Shown here one piece after another: positions 35,901-49,785 of a DNA stretch of 60,275 nt (its first letter is position 1; each line of letters begins with the position of its first letter). The notes beneath the pieces were generated by a model. That model did not search any database, was not told where the DNA came from, and worked only from the letters and a program-made list of their open reading frames with translations. Location of the stretch: NCBI RefSeq assembly GCF_016433145.1, contig NC_058131.1, positions 686,962,992 to 687,023,266 on the forward strand. Reading direction: 5' to 3'. The translations under genes were made by a program, and so were the position numbers. The DNA is from Gracilinanus agilis. Lineage: Eukaryota.

Positions 35901-37254
35901 TTATGGATTTAATGATACAGGACCAAACATGGCAACTGGCTCATTCCATCATTGTAAGCCAGCCCCCTCCCATATTTGAATGAGTTTCCATAGTAAAAAG
36001 ACTTTAGTATCTCTGGTTTCAGCAGCCAAACCAGGAAAAAAACTGTTTTCCACCACTGAACATTAGCAATGTGATAAAAAAGAATGTTGGATTTAAAGTG
36101 AGGGGACCTAGATTTGAAATCCAACTTTTTCATTTTTTTACCTATGTAACCTTGAACAAGTCACTCAACCTTTTTAGGTCCCAGTTCTTTCACCTTTAAG
36201 ATAAGGAGGTTGGATACCATGATCTCTAAAATCCCTTCCAGCTCTGGGAATTCGTGGTTCTGAAATATTTGCTGCTGAGAATCAATATAAAAACAGGATG
36301 CACCATTAACTTCTAATATATAATGACTGAGTTTCCTAATCCATTAAAGATCTGATGAAACTGGAAATCACAGCAGCAGCACCAAGGGAGGTCTGGGAAA
36401 TTGCCTTTTTTGTCTCTTAGGCACTGTATCATCTCTCTACCACGAAAGTATCTCTATTTTCATCACCTCTCTTCTTCCATATTCCTTTTCTCCTTTTTTT
36501 CTATTCTTCTCCCTTTCTTCCTCTCTCCCTCCATCCTTGGTCATCATCATCATCAACAACAACAAAAACAAGAAGCAATAATTAAGTGTACATTGTATGC
36601 AAGGCACTAGGGGAAAAAAGACAGGCAGAAACACAGACCTTGCCTTTAGTGACCTCAGGTTCTAAATGAGGAAAGAATATACAAATGAATTATGTACATA
36701 TAAAATTGATAGCGTAGAAATAGGAGGAGGTAATCTCAAGGGGAATCACATGTAGTGGGTTGGGGAGTGGACTATGAAAGACCTCTTGCAGAAAGTGATA
36801 TTTTAGCTGATTCTTATAGGAACCCAGGATGCAAAAGGGAAAAGAACATTCCAGGTGTTAGGGATAGTCAAGGAAAAGGAACAGAATAGGCAAGTAGTTT
36901 TGTGCAAGGAAAATGGGAGGGTTTATAGGGGGAAATTTAATTCTAATTATAACAGGATGAGTTGACTAGACACTAGGTGTCTAGTTCAAAATGTCCAAAA
37001 CATAGTTGGTGATGTGTGACTGGAATTCAGGATAGATTTTTGGACTGGCCAAATAAATCTGAAAATTCTTCCTTTCTTTAATTATAGATAATATACCAAA
37101 GTACAAAGTATAATAAAGAACTCTGGAAGTTATTTTTCCAAGGGAAAAAAAAGCAGATATGGTCACTGACTTCACAAAACTTTGGACAATAAGAAACGAG
37201 AAAGAAGTGGCCTTAGAGAAAATTCAGTCCTCATCTCTCTAGCCCACCTTATCA

Positions 37255-37282
37255 TATACACACACATACACACACACACAGA

Positions 37283-37333
<51 letters not shown>
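37255..37333. repeat. Compound (CA)n/(CT)n microsatellite
   Basis: Read directly. Confidence 0.95.
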
Positions 37334-37335
<2 letters not shown>

Positions 37336-38889
37336 CATCTCTATCTTTTTCTCTTTCCCTTCATTTAATTTTATATTTAAAAACATTATGACCCCAAAAA
37401 ATTAAATTGACTTGACTAAGGTCACACAGGTAGTAAATAATAAGGCTGACATTTGAATTTAGAACCAATAGAGGCAGCTTAACTATTAGAGATGAATCAG
37501 AAGGGGAATATTAGCATCTAAGAACACTATCACCTATAATGTGGTTGCAGCAATCCAGGCTGGATGTCATAAGAGGTTGGTTTGTGTAGAGGCAACAGAA
37601 ATAGAAGAGGAAGGGGTGATCCCAGAAACATTACAAAGAAAATATATTGGACGTGGCAAAGAGGAAATGGAAAAGAGCATAGAGGAAGCGGTGGTGGTTG
37701 TATAATTTACAGACATTATATTCAAATTGGAGAGATAAAACTATCACGTGGGCAGCAATTAGTAAATGCAAGGCGATATATATGAAAATATTTATAAATA
37801 TGTGCCTATCTATTTATATATGAATATAACTAGGCACTATATGTAGAAATGTGAATATAATTAAGACTTAACGTGTGAATCAGAATAAAAGGGTTGAGGG
37901 ATTTGAAAGAATCCCATTGAATTCCAATGAAAGAATGGGATGATTATTGATCCCTTAGGAAGCCAAATATTAAAAGCATTTTTATCTCTATTTTTCCTTT
38001 GATCCTTTCAATATTTGTGACATAGGCAGAACAAATATTATTATACCTATTTTACAGATGAGGAAACTAAGATAAAGTATTTGTTTGGGGAAGGAGATAA
38101 TTTCTATTTTTTGATACACTAAAGTCCAGATGCTCAGCATATGCTCCTCAGAGTATGCCTTGTGGGACAGTTACAGGAATCTTACAATGTGGTGATATTC
38201 ATTCATTGAGTCATTCAATGAATCACATACATTCAAGTGATTAAAATTCAGAGTACTGTTCTTGGCTCTGGTGTAGTTACAAAATGGGCAATGTGAAGTT
38301 TGTATGATAGTCTGCCCTCCTGGGGCTTACTGGTGAGAGTATAAAAAAGAAACATATATGACCATTAAATGTCATATATCATGAATAATGAACAGGAGGA
38401 AGGCAATGCAAAGTTCTATGTGAAGTCCCAGGAAGATGGTAAATACCAATTTATAAAACTTTCCACCTAGTCCTATTATTTCTTGATGGGTTATCTCCTT
38501 TTCTGGATCTGTAAATGTGAGACTCTAAAGATAACCACCAAACACTTACTGCATTCTACACTTATTCAAATAGGAATATCTGAGCCATTTCTGGAAGACT
38601 ATAAGATTGCCTGAAACCAAAGTATAGGGACTCAGGAGCAATGGATTGATTTTTTTTAATGTTTTTGTCCTTTAAAGCTAAATGTTATTCATTCCATTAA
38701 TTTTGTCTCAAATTCCACACCTGTTCTTTCTAATGGTCAGTGAAAACCTGGGCCAAGGAACTCTAATTTTAGGCTATTTATATATCAGCCTGTTTCAAGT
38801 GCCACATACCTGTTTAGTGCATGACTGAATCATCAACGATGAAGTAATTTTTATTTTAAATTTCATTTCATATGAAAAGTTTTAAAGTT

Positions 38890-39245
38890 GCCTTTTTTAT
38901 TTTACATTTTGTAATTTTCTTCTAACTCTTGCTTGGTTTTAAAATCTTTCTCTTCCCATAGATCTAACAAATATACTATTCTGTGCTCACCTAATTTACC
39001 TATAGTTTCCTTCTTTATATCCAAGTCTTTCACCCATTCTGAGTTTATCTTGATATGTTGTTTGAGATGTTGATCCAGGCCCAATCTCTTCCATATTGTT
39101 TTCCAATTTTACCAGCAGTTTTTGTCAAATAGTGGGTTTTTGCCCCAAAAGCTAGGTTCTTTGGGTTTATCATAGACTGTCTTGCTGAGGTCACTTACCC
39201 CAAGTCTATTCCACTGATCCTCCCTTCTTTCTCTTCACCAGTACA
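38890..39245 (-). mobile_element. Internal L1 ORF2 fragment, relatively well preserved
   Basis: Translates to KINSEWVKDLDIKKETIGKLGEHRIVYLLDLW..., the opossum L1 ORF2 C-terminal region. No 3'UTR or poly(A). Confidence 0.9.
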
Positions 39246-39559
39246 AAAAAATCTAATTACTCCCCAAGTTTGCCCCATCCTATACTACACCACTCCACAT
39301 GGTTTTCTTCTTTGAAACAAAGAGAAACAGTTAGGAATACAACTAATAAAGTAACTCAGTCTTAAGACATATGTAACAATCTTTCCCCTCCCCATGCCAG
39401 TACAAACATAATTTCTATCTCTCTTTTCAGAGGAAAAACCTATATCCTTTGTTTAATCTGTTTTCCAAGATCAACAATTGTTCTTTGACATTAATCTGAG
39501 TTCAGTTGCCTTTTGGTGATTTTTGTTGTTGCCTCTTCTGTCAAGTCAAGTATTTATTA

Positions 39560-41720
39560 AGGGCTGATTCTGGTACATTTTACATTCAGCCCCTAAGGTG
39601 ATTTTCCTAAAAATTAGGTTTGACCATGTTGACCCATAACTCCCTAGTGACTCTAAGATCAGATACAAAATTGCATTAGGCATTAAAAAACATTTGTAAT
39701 CTAGTCTTTTCATACCTTTCCAATCTTCTTATACCTTACTCTGCCACACTTAGTCTTCCATCCAGTGACAGTGGCTTCCTGGCAATTCCAGGAATGATAC
39801 TATATCTTGGGGTGTTTTCTCTGTCTCCCATGCCCAGGAATGCTCTCCTTCCTGGCTCCAACTACTACCCTCCCTGTCTTCATTTAAGTCCTTACTTGTG
39901 GGAAGCCAATAAGAGGATAGATAAAAATCTGAGACTCCTCTTTTGACCCCTTTTGTGATCCACACCTTTTCTTGTTGAAAAATATTGTGGCCTTAATGAA
40001 AAAGCTTTAAATTCCTAGCAAATCGACAGTCAAGAGGTTAACATTCTCTCCTTTGGTCAGAAATACAATTGTTTTTGTTTCAAAAGTAGTTTCTAGACAA
40101 GTCAAGGTCAATAATGGACAAAATTTAGACAAAACCTCCTCCAGTGGGGTCTGAGAAAGTATTCCCAAACTTAGCTTTTGATAATGGGCCAGCCAAAATT
40201 CAGCCTTGGTCTTGTTCTACTCTGAAGCCAATGAGACCTTTTGTGTTTTGATATGACATAATCTGTATTTTTTTTGCAATTGCAAAGTTTTGGGGGGTGC
40301 TTTTGGGTGAAAGGGAGTTTGAATTTTTATATATAATAAACTTGTGACTCAATGGCACTTCGGAGAAGCAGCTATGAGTTAAAGGTCAAGATCTTCTCCT
40401 GTGTCCATTATTTTCTTATCAACTAAGCTGTCTTTATCAGATTATCAGAGATGATAAATAGTTCTGGACACTTACACAAATCCAATCTTTTACTTGTTTA
40501 ATTCTCTTCTATTTATTTCCTATTTATCCTGTATAGAGATTTCTTTTTTATCTATTTGAATGCTGTTTCCCACATTGGATTGTAAGATCCTCAAGGGCAG
40601 GGATTGTCTTTTCTCTCCTCTTAGTGCAGTGCATGGCATATAATAGGCAATAACTATTATTGATTGAGATATTAAGCATTTGGGCTAAGCACTGGGGAAG
40701 TTCCTTGTTCATTGGAAGCCCATATTTTAAAGGCAAGGACGACATGTAAACAACCATATATATACAAGATATATATATATATAGGGCAATTGGGAAGTAA
40801 TCTCAGTGGTAATGAGATTTATAATCATTGTGGGTACATCCTAAATGTTAGTTCTGGGTTCTTTCTCCTGTCTCTACACTCTCTCAATTGGTGATCTCAT
40901 TAGTTCCATGGGTTTACTATTATATTTTTATAAACGGTTGCCACATCTACATATCCATTTTTAAACTCTACCCAGAGCTTGCATCATGCATTATCTGCTG
41001 CCCTTTGGTCATCTCTAAATAGGTGTTCTATAGCTCTCTCAAACATACACAACATCTCTAAAACAGAATTTATTATCTTTTCCCCAAAACACAATAATCT
41101 CCTGAACTTTTCTATTAATGATGACAACATTTCTCTGAAAGATTGATTTACAGTCTCACTGTTTCCCTCAAGTTCTCCCTCTCTCTCACTTCACGTATCC
41201 AGGCCTGAGCAAATCTCTTTGCTTCTTCCTTCTCAAAATCTCTCACATTTGCCCACTCTCCCAACTTACAATTTGGCCACCCTAGCTTAGGACCTCATTA
41301 CCTCTCCTCTGGATTACTGCCATTTCCCTGCCTCATGTCTTTCTCTACCATAATACATTCTCCACATCATTACTAAAGCAATTTCCCTATGACAAAAGTC
41401 TGACCATTTCATTCCCCTACTCAATCATGTCCACTGGCTCTGCATTGCCTCTAGGATGAAATCAAATCTTATTGTGTTGGCTTCAAAGCCCCTTGCAACC
41501 TGGACCCAATCTACCTTTTCAGGCTTATTATACCCAAGTCCCATTTCCACAATCTATGGTTCAGCCCCACTTTGTTTCTGTCTCAGTTTCCTCCACTGTA
41601 AAATGGGGATAATAATAGCACCTGCCTTATAGGGTTTTTGTGAGATTGAAATGATGTATTATCTTTAAGGTACTTAGTTCAAGTCCTGGCACAAAGTGAG
41701 TGCTTAATGAATGCCTATTC
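39560..41720 (+). mobile_element. L2 cluster (two remnants; hosts the LTR at 39897-40470)
   Basis: Typical L2 3' and ORF2-end sequence. Confidence 0.75.
39897..40470 (+). mobile_element. Solo ERV LTR inserted in an L2
   Basis: TG...CA termini, a 6-bp TSD CTTACT/CTTACA and an internal TATA/AATAAA region (about 40328-40340). The L2 sequence (AAGTC...CAAATCC) resumes across the insertion. Confidence 0.8.
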
Positions 41721-44700
41721 TCTTACTTTTATCCATGCATTCAAATACCAAATACTTATTTTATATATAAACTCAAAAATATTTATATATCTATATATCC
41801 ATATATATGTATGGGTATACATGCATATACATATATGCTCACATACATATACACATTATAAATAATATATAAATGTATCTAAATCTATAAAGTAAATCTG
41901 TAATAAAATACATAAAATCCCTGGATAGAAGGCAAGCTTCTTGGGGGCAGGAAATATTTTACCTTTTATAATTGTTTCTCCAGAACCTTACACATAGGTA
42001 GTGCTCTGTAAATACTTAGAGAGAGATTATTTGGTATATTGCAATCCATTTCCTGCTTATTCCACTTTCAGTGAGTCTCCCATGTTTCCCTGAATTCCTC
42101 ATATAGATTGTTCCTTAGAGAGTAGAGAATATAACGATATTTTCAATAACAAAAGATTTTAAAATGAATATTGAAAAATAATAAATCCCAGACTTGGTCC
42201 CTAGCAAGTGTGAGTTGGCTTCTTTCTTTTCACCCTGACTCCTTTGCAGGGGTGGGGATCCACAGACATATAATATAATAGTTTTTCAATGCGCTGATTG
42301 ATTTTGTATAGTTTCCTTTTTCTTTTTCTTCCTTTGATATATGAGTTGACTTTTAGGAGGGACAAGGAGGAAGGCTAAAGGGGGATATGTAAGGGATATG
42401 AAAATAAAAGTTATTATAGAATATATTTAAATATATATCCTTTCCTCTACCCCAATATGCTCAGCCATGCTCCAAGTGATGAATATCTCCTTTGTCTCTT
42501 TTTTCTTTCTGCCACATGAATTATTATTATAAATATTTTGGTACCTATGGAACCTTTTACTATCTTTGACCTTCTCAGGGATATATCTAATAGGGGGATT
42601 GTTTTACTAAACCAAAGGATATTAGATATCTAGTAACTTTTCTCTCATAATTCCCAAATATTTTCTAGAATGGTCAAACCAATTTATACTTTTGCCAAAC
42701 ATGGATTAATGTTTCTGGCTTTCTCACAGTCCTTCAGAAATGGATGATTTCTATTCCTGTCATTATTATGGTAGTTGTTTTTAAAGAAATACCCTGAATT
42801 TGCCATTGATATTAAAAAGCTGATACCATTTAGTCTTTCCCATCTCTTCAAGTTAGTGTTTGAGGACTCCAAACTGCGTGTTTTCCTTGAAAATTCAAAT
42901 CCTGTTTCATTATGCCTGCTGGAGCCCACAACAACTGCAGGGTAGTTTTTACACAGCACAAACATCTAGTAATTAAAATCCAGTCGTTCTAAATACCCGA
43001 AGCTTTGCCAACAGAGGACTCTGGCAGATTTGCCACCTAGGAAGCAGGAGGTGGTGAGGGAGCTTGTCTCCAAGTCACCCAGCATGGCCCACAGCACAAA
43101 CACCCAAATGAAACAAAGTGAATTAGCTTCCCTTCAAATGTAGCTGAACAAATAGCTGTGTTGTCCTCTGACTTCTTGGAAGTGTGCGGCTTCCCCCCAC
43201 ATGGGGTTCTAGGATGAAAGGCCAGAAATGAAAAACAAAGCCTTTCCTTAGACAAGTCTCTTCTTTATAGATGGAAAACAGAAGCTTTCAAAAGACCCAG
43301 AGAAGGAGACCTCCAAAGAAGTAGCTACCTGCCTAGTCAAAGAAAATCAGGATTTCATGGCAATGTTCAAAAGCATGTTTTATTTAAAGACAGGCCCGGC
43401 TGCCTCTGCTGGCTCCCTGATCCTTTGTTATTTATTACCAAGAGTGTTTACAAGAAAATGAGGTCTCTGCTGAAATGTTCATCCCCCTGCTGCTTAATAT
43501 CCAACTCCAGTCATTCTCCTCGATTAGCAATCAAGGAGTTAGGCACGAGATTGGTCCCTCCTTAACCACTGGACAGAACACTCCCATGGAGACCTAAGGT
43601 ATCTCTATGAAGCCACCCTCCCATTCCCCCTTCTTACCCTTCTCCTCCCTCCCTGAAATTCTCTAAACTCTATTAAGGTGGAGAGTGTAAAGCTTAAAGT
43701 TCCCTTGTCATAGGTATTTTTCAAAAACACTTTTCCTTGGCTATTACACATATCTAAACATAGATGATATCTGAAAACAGATGGAAAGGAACTAGAACAT
43801 TTTAAGAGGAGGGATGTAGAGAAGAAGAGAAGGAAGAATGGGCTGCTTTCTGTGGCTACTGAGCTCCCTGGTACTACTAAGATTAAAGGAGAGGTTTTAT
43901 AATCTCAAATTAATATTAAAGGGTTATATATTGGGGCAATGGAGAGTGCTGGGCAAGGAGGATTCATACAATGGAGGTTTTTTAAAATGAGATAATTTCT
44001 AATATATTTATCTTTCAAAAAAATCAATAAGCATCAGTTACCTACTGTGTGCTAGGCACTTTACTAGGGACTCTGACATTTCAACTCTGAGATGCGATGA
44101 TCTATATGAGACTTCTCTTACATGAAGCCTTTCCTGACACACCTCCCCGCCAATTCTTAGTATTCTCTCTCTCCCTCTCCCTCTCCTCCTCTCTCTCTCT
44201 CCTTCTCTTTTTTCTTCTCCCTCTCCTCTCTCCCTCCACCCCTCTCTCTCTCACTTCCAACCCATTCTTTAATTAAACTTGGCTCCCACTTTATCCTGAA
44301 GTCTGCCTTCAACTGTTCTACCAAGTCCTGAAGTCTTTCAATCTCATGTTGCACATTTCATTTCATTTTTATAGTGTATTTAGCATTCCTCATTGCACAG
44401 TATAATTAGTTGTGTTTGCATATTACATGAGACAGCATGTATATAGGAGCATATGTAGCATATATAGAAGATGTCTACATTGGTGATTGAAGGCGGGGAG
44501 ACATCATGTCATCAATCTGACTCCTGACCTCTTAAAATCCTCTACTCCATGAGAGTTGACCACTTTATCCAATTCAATTCATTTCAATATAATTCCATTC
44601 TATCCCATTCTATTTGAAAAATCTATATTAAGCACATACTATGTGGAAGATACTATTTTAAGCACTTGGAGACTCAAAAGCCAAAAATAAACAAAAACCA

Positions 44701-45544
44701 AGTTGGTTTCTGATTTCAAAGACCTTATAATATACTCCTGGAATATACAAATAAGATCCATGTAATCATCATTGAAGGTAACCTGATGAGAGCACTAAAA
44801 CCTCAGTGAGTTATGAAAGTCATCTGAACTGAGTCTGAAAAGAAGAGAATTCTGACTGACAGAGAAAGGATGGAGCCTATTTCTGTGATGGTAGTTGACC
44901 TCCATGAATATAGGGAAAGGTAATCACCCCAGTTAAAGGTCAAAGAGAACAAGAGCAGAGAGAAAGTCAAATAATATTCAAATTAGGGCCTTTTCAATGG
45001 CCTTTGACAGAGTAATTTCAGTAAAGGAATTAGACTCAGTAGAGGATAGGGATAGCTCTCCCTCCAAGTTAGGAAGAAAGGAGGAAAGAGCAGATAATTC
45101 TGCTGAGAAATTTTCAAAAATAGGGTCCAGGAGCTAACAAATCTCCCAGCAAATAGATTCATTCTTCTTAATGATGAATGAGGTCATTCAATCATTCAAC
45201 AAGCATTTAATAATAATGAAATAGCTAGCATTTATATAAAGCTTTTTACACGTTTTATCATTTGAACTTCACAATTATGCTGTAAGTTAGATGCTCCTTT
45301 TGACCAATGAGGAAACTGAGATGGAGATAGATTAAGTAGCTTACCCATGATCACATAGCTAGTAAGTTTCTATAAAAGGATCTGAACTAGGCTTTTCTGC
45401 CTCCAAGACTCATATTCTATCTACTATATCACCTAGTTTTCTCATTTATTTATGTGTTCATTTATTTCTAATTATGAGGTAGGTACTGCTCTTAACAATG
45501 TAGTTATAAAACAAAAACAAAAATGAATAAAAATGAGGGCAGGT

Positions 45545-45725
45545 ATGCAGAACAATGGGAAAAAGCACCAGGCCTGGAGTCAGGAGGCCATGGGTTTAAA
45601 TATGATCTCAGACATTTCTTAGTTGTGTGACCCTGGGCAAATCACTTAGCTCCAATTGTCTGCCCCATACCACTCTTCTACCTTAGAACCAAACACAGTG
45701 TAGATTCTAAGAGAGAAGGTAAGGA
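45545..45725 (+). mobile_element. SINE-1 whose tail runs into a (GA)/(GAAA)n expansion
   Basis: Core plus tail CCTTAGAACCAAACACAG...GAAGGTAAGG. Confidence 0.85.
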
Positions 45726-45797
45726 AAGAAAGAGAGAAAGAGAGAGAGAAAAAGAGAGTCAGAAACAGTGACAGTGAGAGAGACAGAGGCAGAGAAA

Positions 45798-45798
45798 C

Positions 45799-45880
<82 letters not shown>
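45798..45880. repeat. (GAAA)n microsatellite running into a gap
   Basis: Read directly. Confidence 0.97.
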
Positions 45881-46288
45881 NNNNNNNNNNNNNNNNNNNN
45901 NNNNNNNNNNNNNNNNNNNNNNNNNNNNNNNNNNNNNNNNNNNNNNNNNNNNNNNNNNNNNNNNNNNNNNNNNNNNNNNNNNNNNNNNNNNNNNNNNNNN
46001 NNNNNNNNNNNNNNNNNNNNNNNNNNNNNNNNNNNNNNNNNNNNNNNNNNNNNNNNNNNNNNNNNNNNNNNNNNNNNNNNNNNNNNNNNNNNNNNNNNNN
46101 NNNNNNNNNNNNNNNNNNNNNNNNNNNNNNNNNNNNNNNNNNNNNNNNNNNNNNNNNNNNNNNNNNNNNNNNNNNNNNNNNNNNNNNNNNNNNNNNNNNN
46201 NNNNNNNNNNNNNNNNNNNNNNNNNNNNNNNNNNNNNNNNNNNNNNNNNNNNNNNNNNNNNNNNNNNNNNNNNNNNNNNNNNNNNNNN
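45881..46288. other. Assembly gap (N run)
   Basis: 408 N between (GAAA)n and (CA)n. Confidence 1.
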
Positions 46289-46393
46289 CACACACACACA
46301 GACACAGAATTCAGAAAGGAAACAACCTTGCATATTAGCTAAGTCATGGACTGGCCAAAGGTTAGAGCTGCTTGGGACCAATGAGGCAAATAG

Positions 46394-46614
46394 CTTTGTT
46401 GGTGAACCTATGGCATGTGTGCCAGAGCATGCCAAAGGGGGCTGTTCCCATCCCCTTCCATACACACCTGAGGACATTTCTCATATGACCACCATTCTGC
46501 CCCCCAGCCCAATGAGAGCTCTTCCTCTCTCCCTGCCTAGGGTAAGGTGGGGCTCACATGCAGTATGAAGTTTGCAGTTTGGACACTAGGGCTCTAAAAG
46601 GTTTGCCATCACTG
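46394..46614. mobile_element. hAT non-autonomous MITE (CAGTGATGG-type TIR)
   Basis: The right TIR AGGTTTGCCATCACTG is intact. The left TIR is degraded (CTTTGTTGGTGAACCT) and followed by the typical ATGGCATGTGTGCCA subterminal motif. The TSD is poorly preserved. Confidence 0.75.
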
Positions 46615-48725
46615 GCCTAAGGCATTCTTTTGGCAGATGTGAAAACAAGCTCTGAGAAAGAAGGGAATTGCCTCAGGTTTTACCTACTAATTAGCAGAAC
46701 TGAAAATTGAACCCTGATTCTCTTAGGCAAAATGCAGAATGCATTTTCTTACATCATTTTGGTAGCAAGATATGAGAACAGAAAATGCTACTCAATGTGG
46801 AGTCAGAAGACTTTGATTCAAATTCTGACTTTTCATTCATTCATTGCCTCTGTATACATTCACTGCCAATTCTCTCTAGGACACGAAAAAAGATTTGGAA
46901 TTCTACAGTCCAATCTAGCTCTAGTATTCTATTGTTTCTCTGCTAAATATAATCAGTGCCAAGATTTCATGAATATTTCCATGGTATTTCTGCCTCCTTT
47001 AATACTATTCAGTGAATTAGCCACTTCAATATTTTTCAGTTTGTAAATGACACTCAGCAGTCCTGGTCAGTAACAAGGCCAGCTTTCCTTCTTCTCAGAC
47101 TCTTTGATATAAAGCTGGAAAGGTGCTTAGAGGTCATCTAGTTTGTATCTCTCATCAGTCCACATGCTGATTTCTGAATGGTACACAGATCTTGGAATGG
47201 ACAAAGGTTAATTCTGCCAGAAACCTGAGAGGTCATCATGTCCAAGTCACTATTTTTGTAGATGAAAAAATTGAAGTCCTCTTAAATTGCATGCATAGTA
47301 AGTTGCAAAGCTAAGTATATGATTAGATTACTCTGATTCTCTTGCTCCATTTAGTAGCCTTTTTTCCCCTACCCCAATGGGATGCACTGAGATGCTGCTG
47401 AAGAGAGAAAATTGCAGGAGTGTCTTTAGAAGAATAGTTTAGGTAGATATAAAAGTGGCAAATGAATTTCAATATAGTCCAAGGAAGGACAAGGCAGCAT
47501 GAAGAAAAGTCAGTAATCAAGGAGGATAAGCTCAGAGCTATGTGTCCCAGAGTCTTGGGAATCATTGTACCCAGAAAGCATCACCTGGTAATATCAAAAT
47601 GACCTACACTAGCATCTACAACAACCCTAAGCTTTAGAGATTATCAAGAAAAGTAATATAGGCAAAACAGAAATGGTCCTTGGCCCCTTGCCCTTAGCTC
47701 TTCTGTGTACCTGCTCCATAGGTTCAGTTCCAGTCATGGCACTTCAGAAAAATAAGGAAAGAAATAAACACATAAAAAATGGAGTAATTGAAATATTTAA
47801 AGGGAAAGAAGGACTTTAACAAAATGGAAATATCTGCCTTCAAGAAAGATGGTGGTCAAGAAGAAAAAGAATCGAAGTCTATAGACTCTGGAATGCTATA
47901 TATAAGACTAATACAGAAAGCTTCACACAATCTGGAATCTTATCACAAGAGAACATCCTTAAGATTGTGAAAGAGGTGAAGTTAAGGCCAATAAAAGAAT
48001 GTTCTACTTTACACAATGGCTAGTATTATGTGGAACTCAGCCGGGTGTTGAGCTGTCCAGATTGGTCAGTGAGTAAGAAATTCACTTAGCTCAGCATACC
48101 TAGGCAGCCCTGGGCTATGCTTCAAATCCCATCCAACCATCTGTCAGTAAACCAAGCTCTACCCGGGGATCTTGCCATCTGACATTCTACTCCTTGTCCC
48201 TCTTTTCTACCTCTTGCTCTGAGAACAGTAATCACAATACTACTACTGCTATTGGAAAGGACATGACAATCATGTCTAGGTTGCCTTTCACATTCTCTGT
48301 ATATTCATAGACCAAAACTCTTTTTCCTGCCACCATACTTCTAATAGAGTAGGTCTCATTCTTATTAATAATACCAATTGATAGAAATATAGTGCTTATT
48401 ATATGTAACTACTTTACAATCATTATCTTATTTGATGCTCATAACAATTTGGCACAGAAATACTATTATTATCCCCATTGTACAGATGAAGAAACCAAAA
48501 CAAAAAAGGTAATTAACTTGCCAAGGGTCACACAGCTAATACGTGTCTGATGCCAGATTTGAATTCAGGTCTTTTTGAGTCCAGTTCTAGCTTATCTCTA
48601 TCCACTTGGTCAAGCTTCTAAAGGGTAATGATAATCCCAATTTTGGTTCTATGTCCATAGCACCTTGCACCCTGACATACAGCAGGTATTTAATTTTTTC
48701 TCCTTACTACTTTTTCTTTTACTTC

Positions 48726-48920
48726 NNNNNNNNNNNNNNNNNNNNNNNNNNNNNNNNNNNNNNNNNNNNNNNNNNNNNNNNNNNNNNNNNNNNNNNNNNN
48801 NNNNNNNNNNNNNNNNNNNNNNNNNNNNNNNNNNNNNNNNNNNNNNNNNNNNNNNNNNNNNNNNNNNNNNNNNNNNNNNNNNNNNNNNNNNNNNNNNNNN
48901 NNNNNNNNNNNNNNNNNNNN
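48726..48920. other. Assembly gap (N run)
   Basis: 195 N. Confidence 1.
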
Positions 48921-49734
48921 CTTTCCTCCTTATTCCTAATAGTCTATAGATTGAAATTGCATTTGGATTTAGATAAAAAAATTATCAACATAATTGAATG
49001 AATATAAATCTGTAAAATTCATGGATAAAGGCAGTCCACCTAGTTCCTGACACATAGTAGGTGCTTTATAAATTCTATTTGATTGACTGACTGATCAAAG
49101 TCAAGATGTGTTGCTGAAGGAATCCAGCATGTTTAGGGAATAAATAAAACCTGAAGTATTTATATTAAAGTAATTAACAAGGTTCTTCTACAACAATAAT
49201 ATATACCTTACTCAGTGGCTTAATCTTGGATTGCATCAACTTTGAGGCTGAAAAAGTGTAGGAATTGGTTCATTCTCAATACTCTTATATCAGGAAAGTA
49301 GAAAATGCATGAGGAAGGTCATTCAGAACTAAATTTCTAGACCCAATATAATTAAGCAATAAGTAAGTATCTTTATTGGCCATTGTAATGATGAAGGAGA
49401 TAGGCCCAAGTATGATGGAGATTGCAAATGTTTTACTTGTATAAAAGGTCAAGAAGAAAGAATGAATAAGAAGCATACATTGGAGCTGTGACTTTGTTTA
49501 CATGACAAATTCTCATTATGAAGATTGCTTCCACTAACAATAACACAACCAAAATAAATTTTGTAGTTAAATCCTAGAGCATTGACAGGCAAACTTTTTA
49601 AAGAGGGGGTCAAAGGAAAAAAAATGCTCATCTGTCAGTCTGTTTCTAAGGCAACTCTTTCCAAGTTTCATTGTATTGTATCCTACTCATTGTATTCGTC
49701 AGAAATTAGGAATAATGTCACATGGCGAGATAGA

Positions 49735-49785
49735 ACATTTCAGGGGGCCACATATGGCCTGCGGGCAGTAGTTTGCCCATCACTG
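49735..49785. mobile_element. hAT/Charlie MITE terminal fragment
   Basis: GGGGGCCACATATGGCCTGCGGGCAGTAGTTTGCCCATCACTG followed by TCCTAGAG, a Charlie-like target site. Confidence 0.6.

Noticed and set aside
1720-45880. Tandem repeats as a possible CRISPR-like array
   Set aside because: They are all simple microsatellites with no repeat-spacer structure, and the DNA is mammalian.
45646-46568. Longest ORFs in the track (178-266 aa)
   Set aside because: They are artefacts of reading through N gaps and (GAAA)n.
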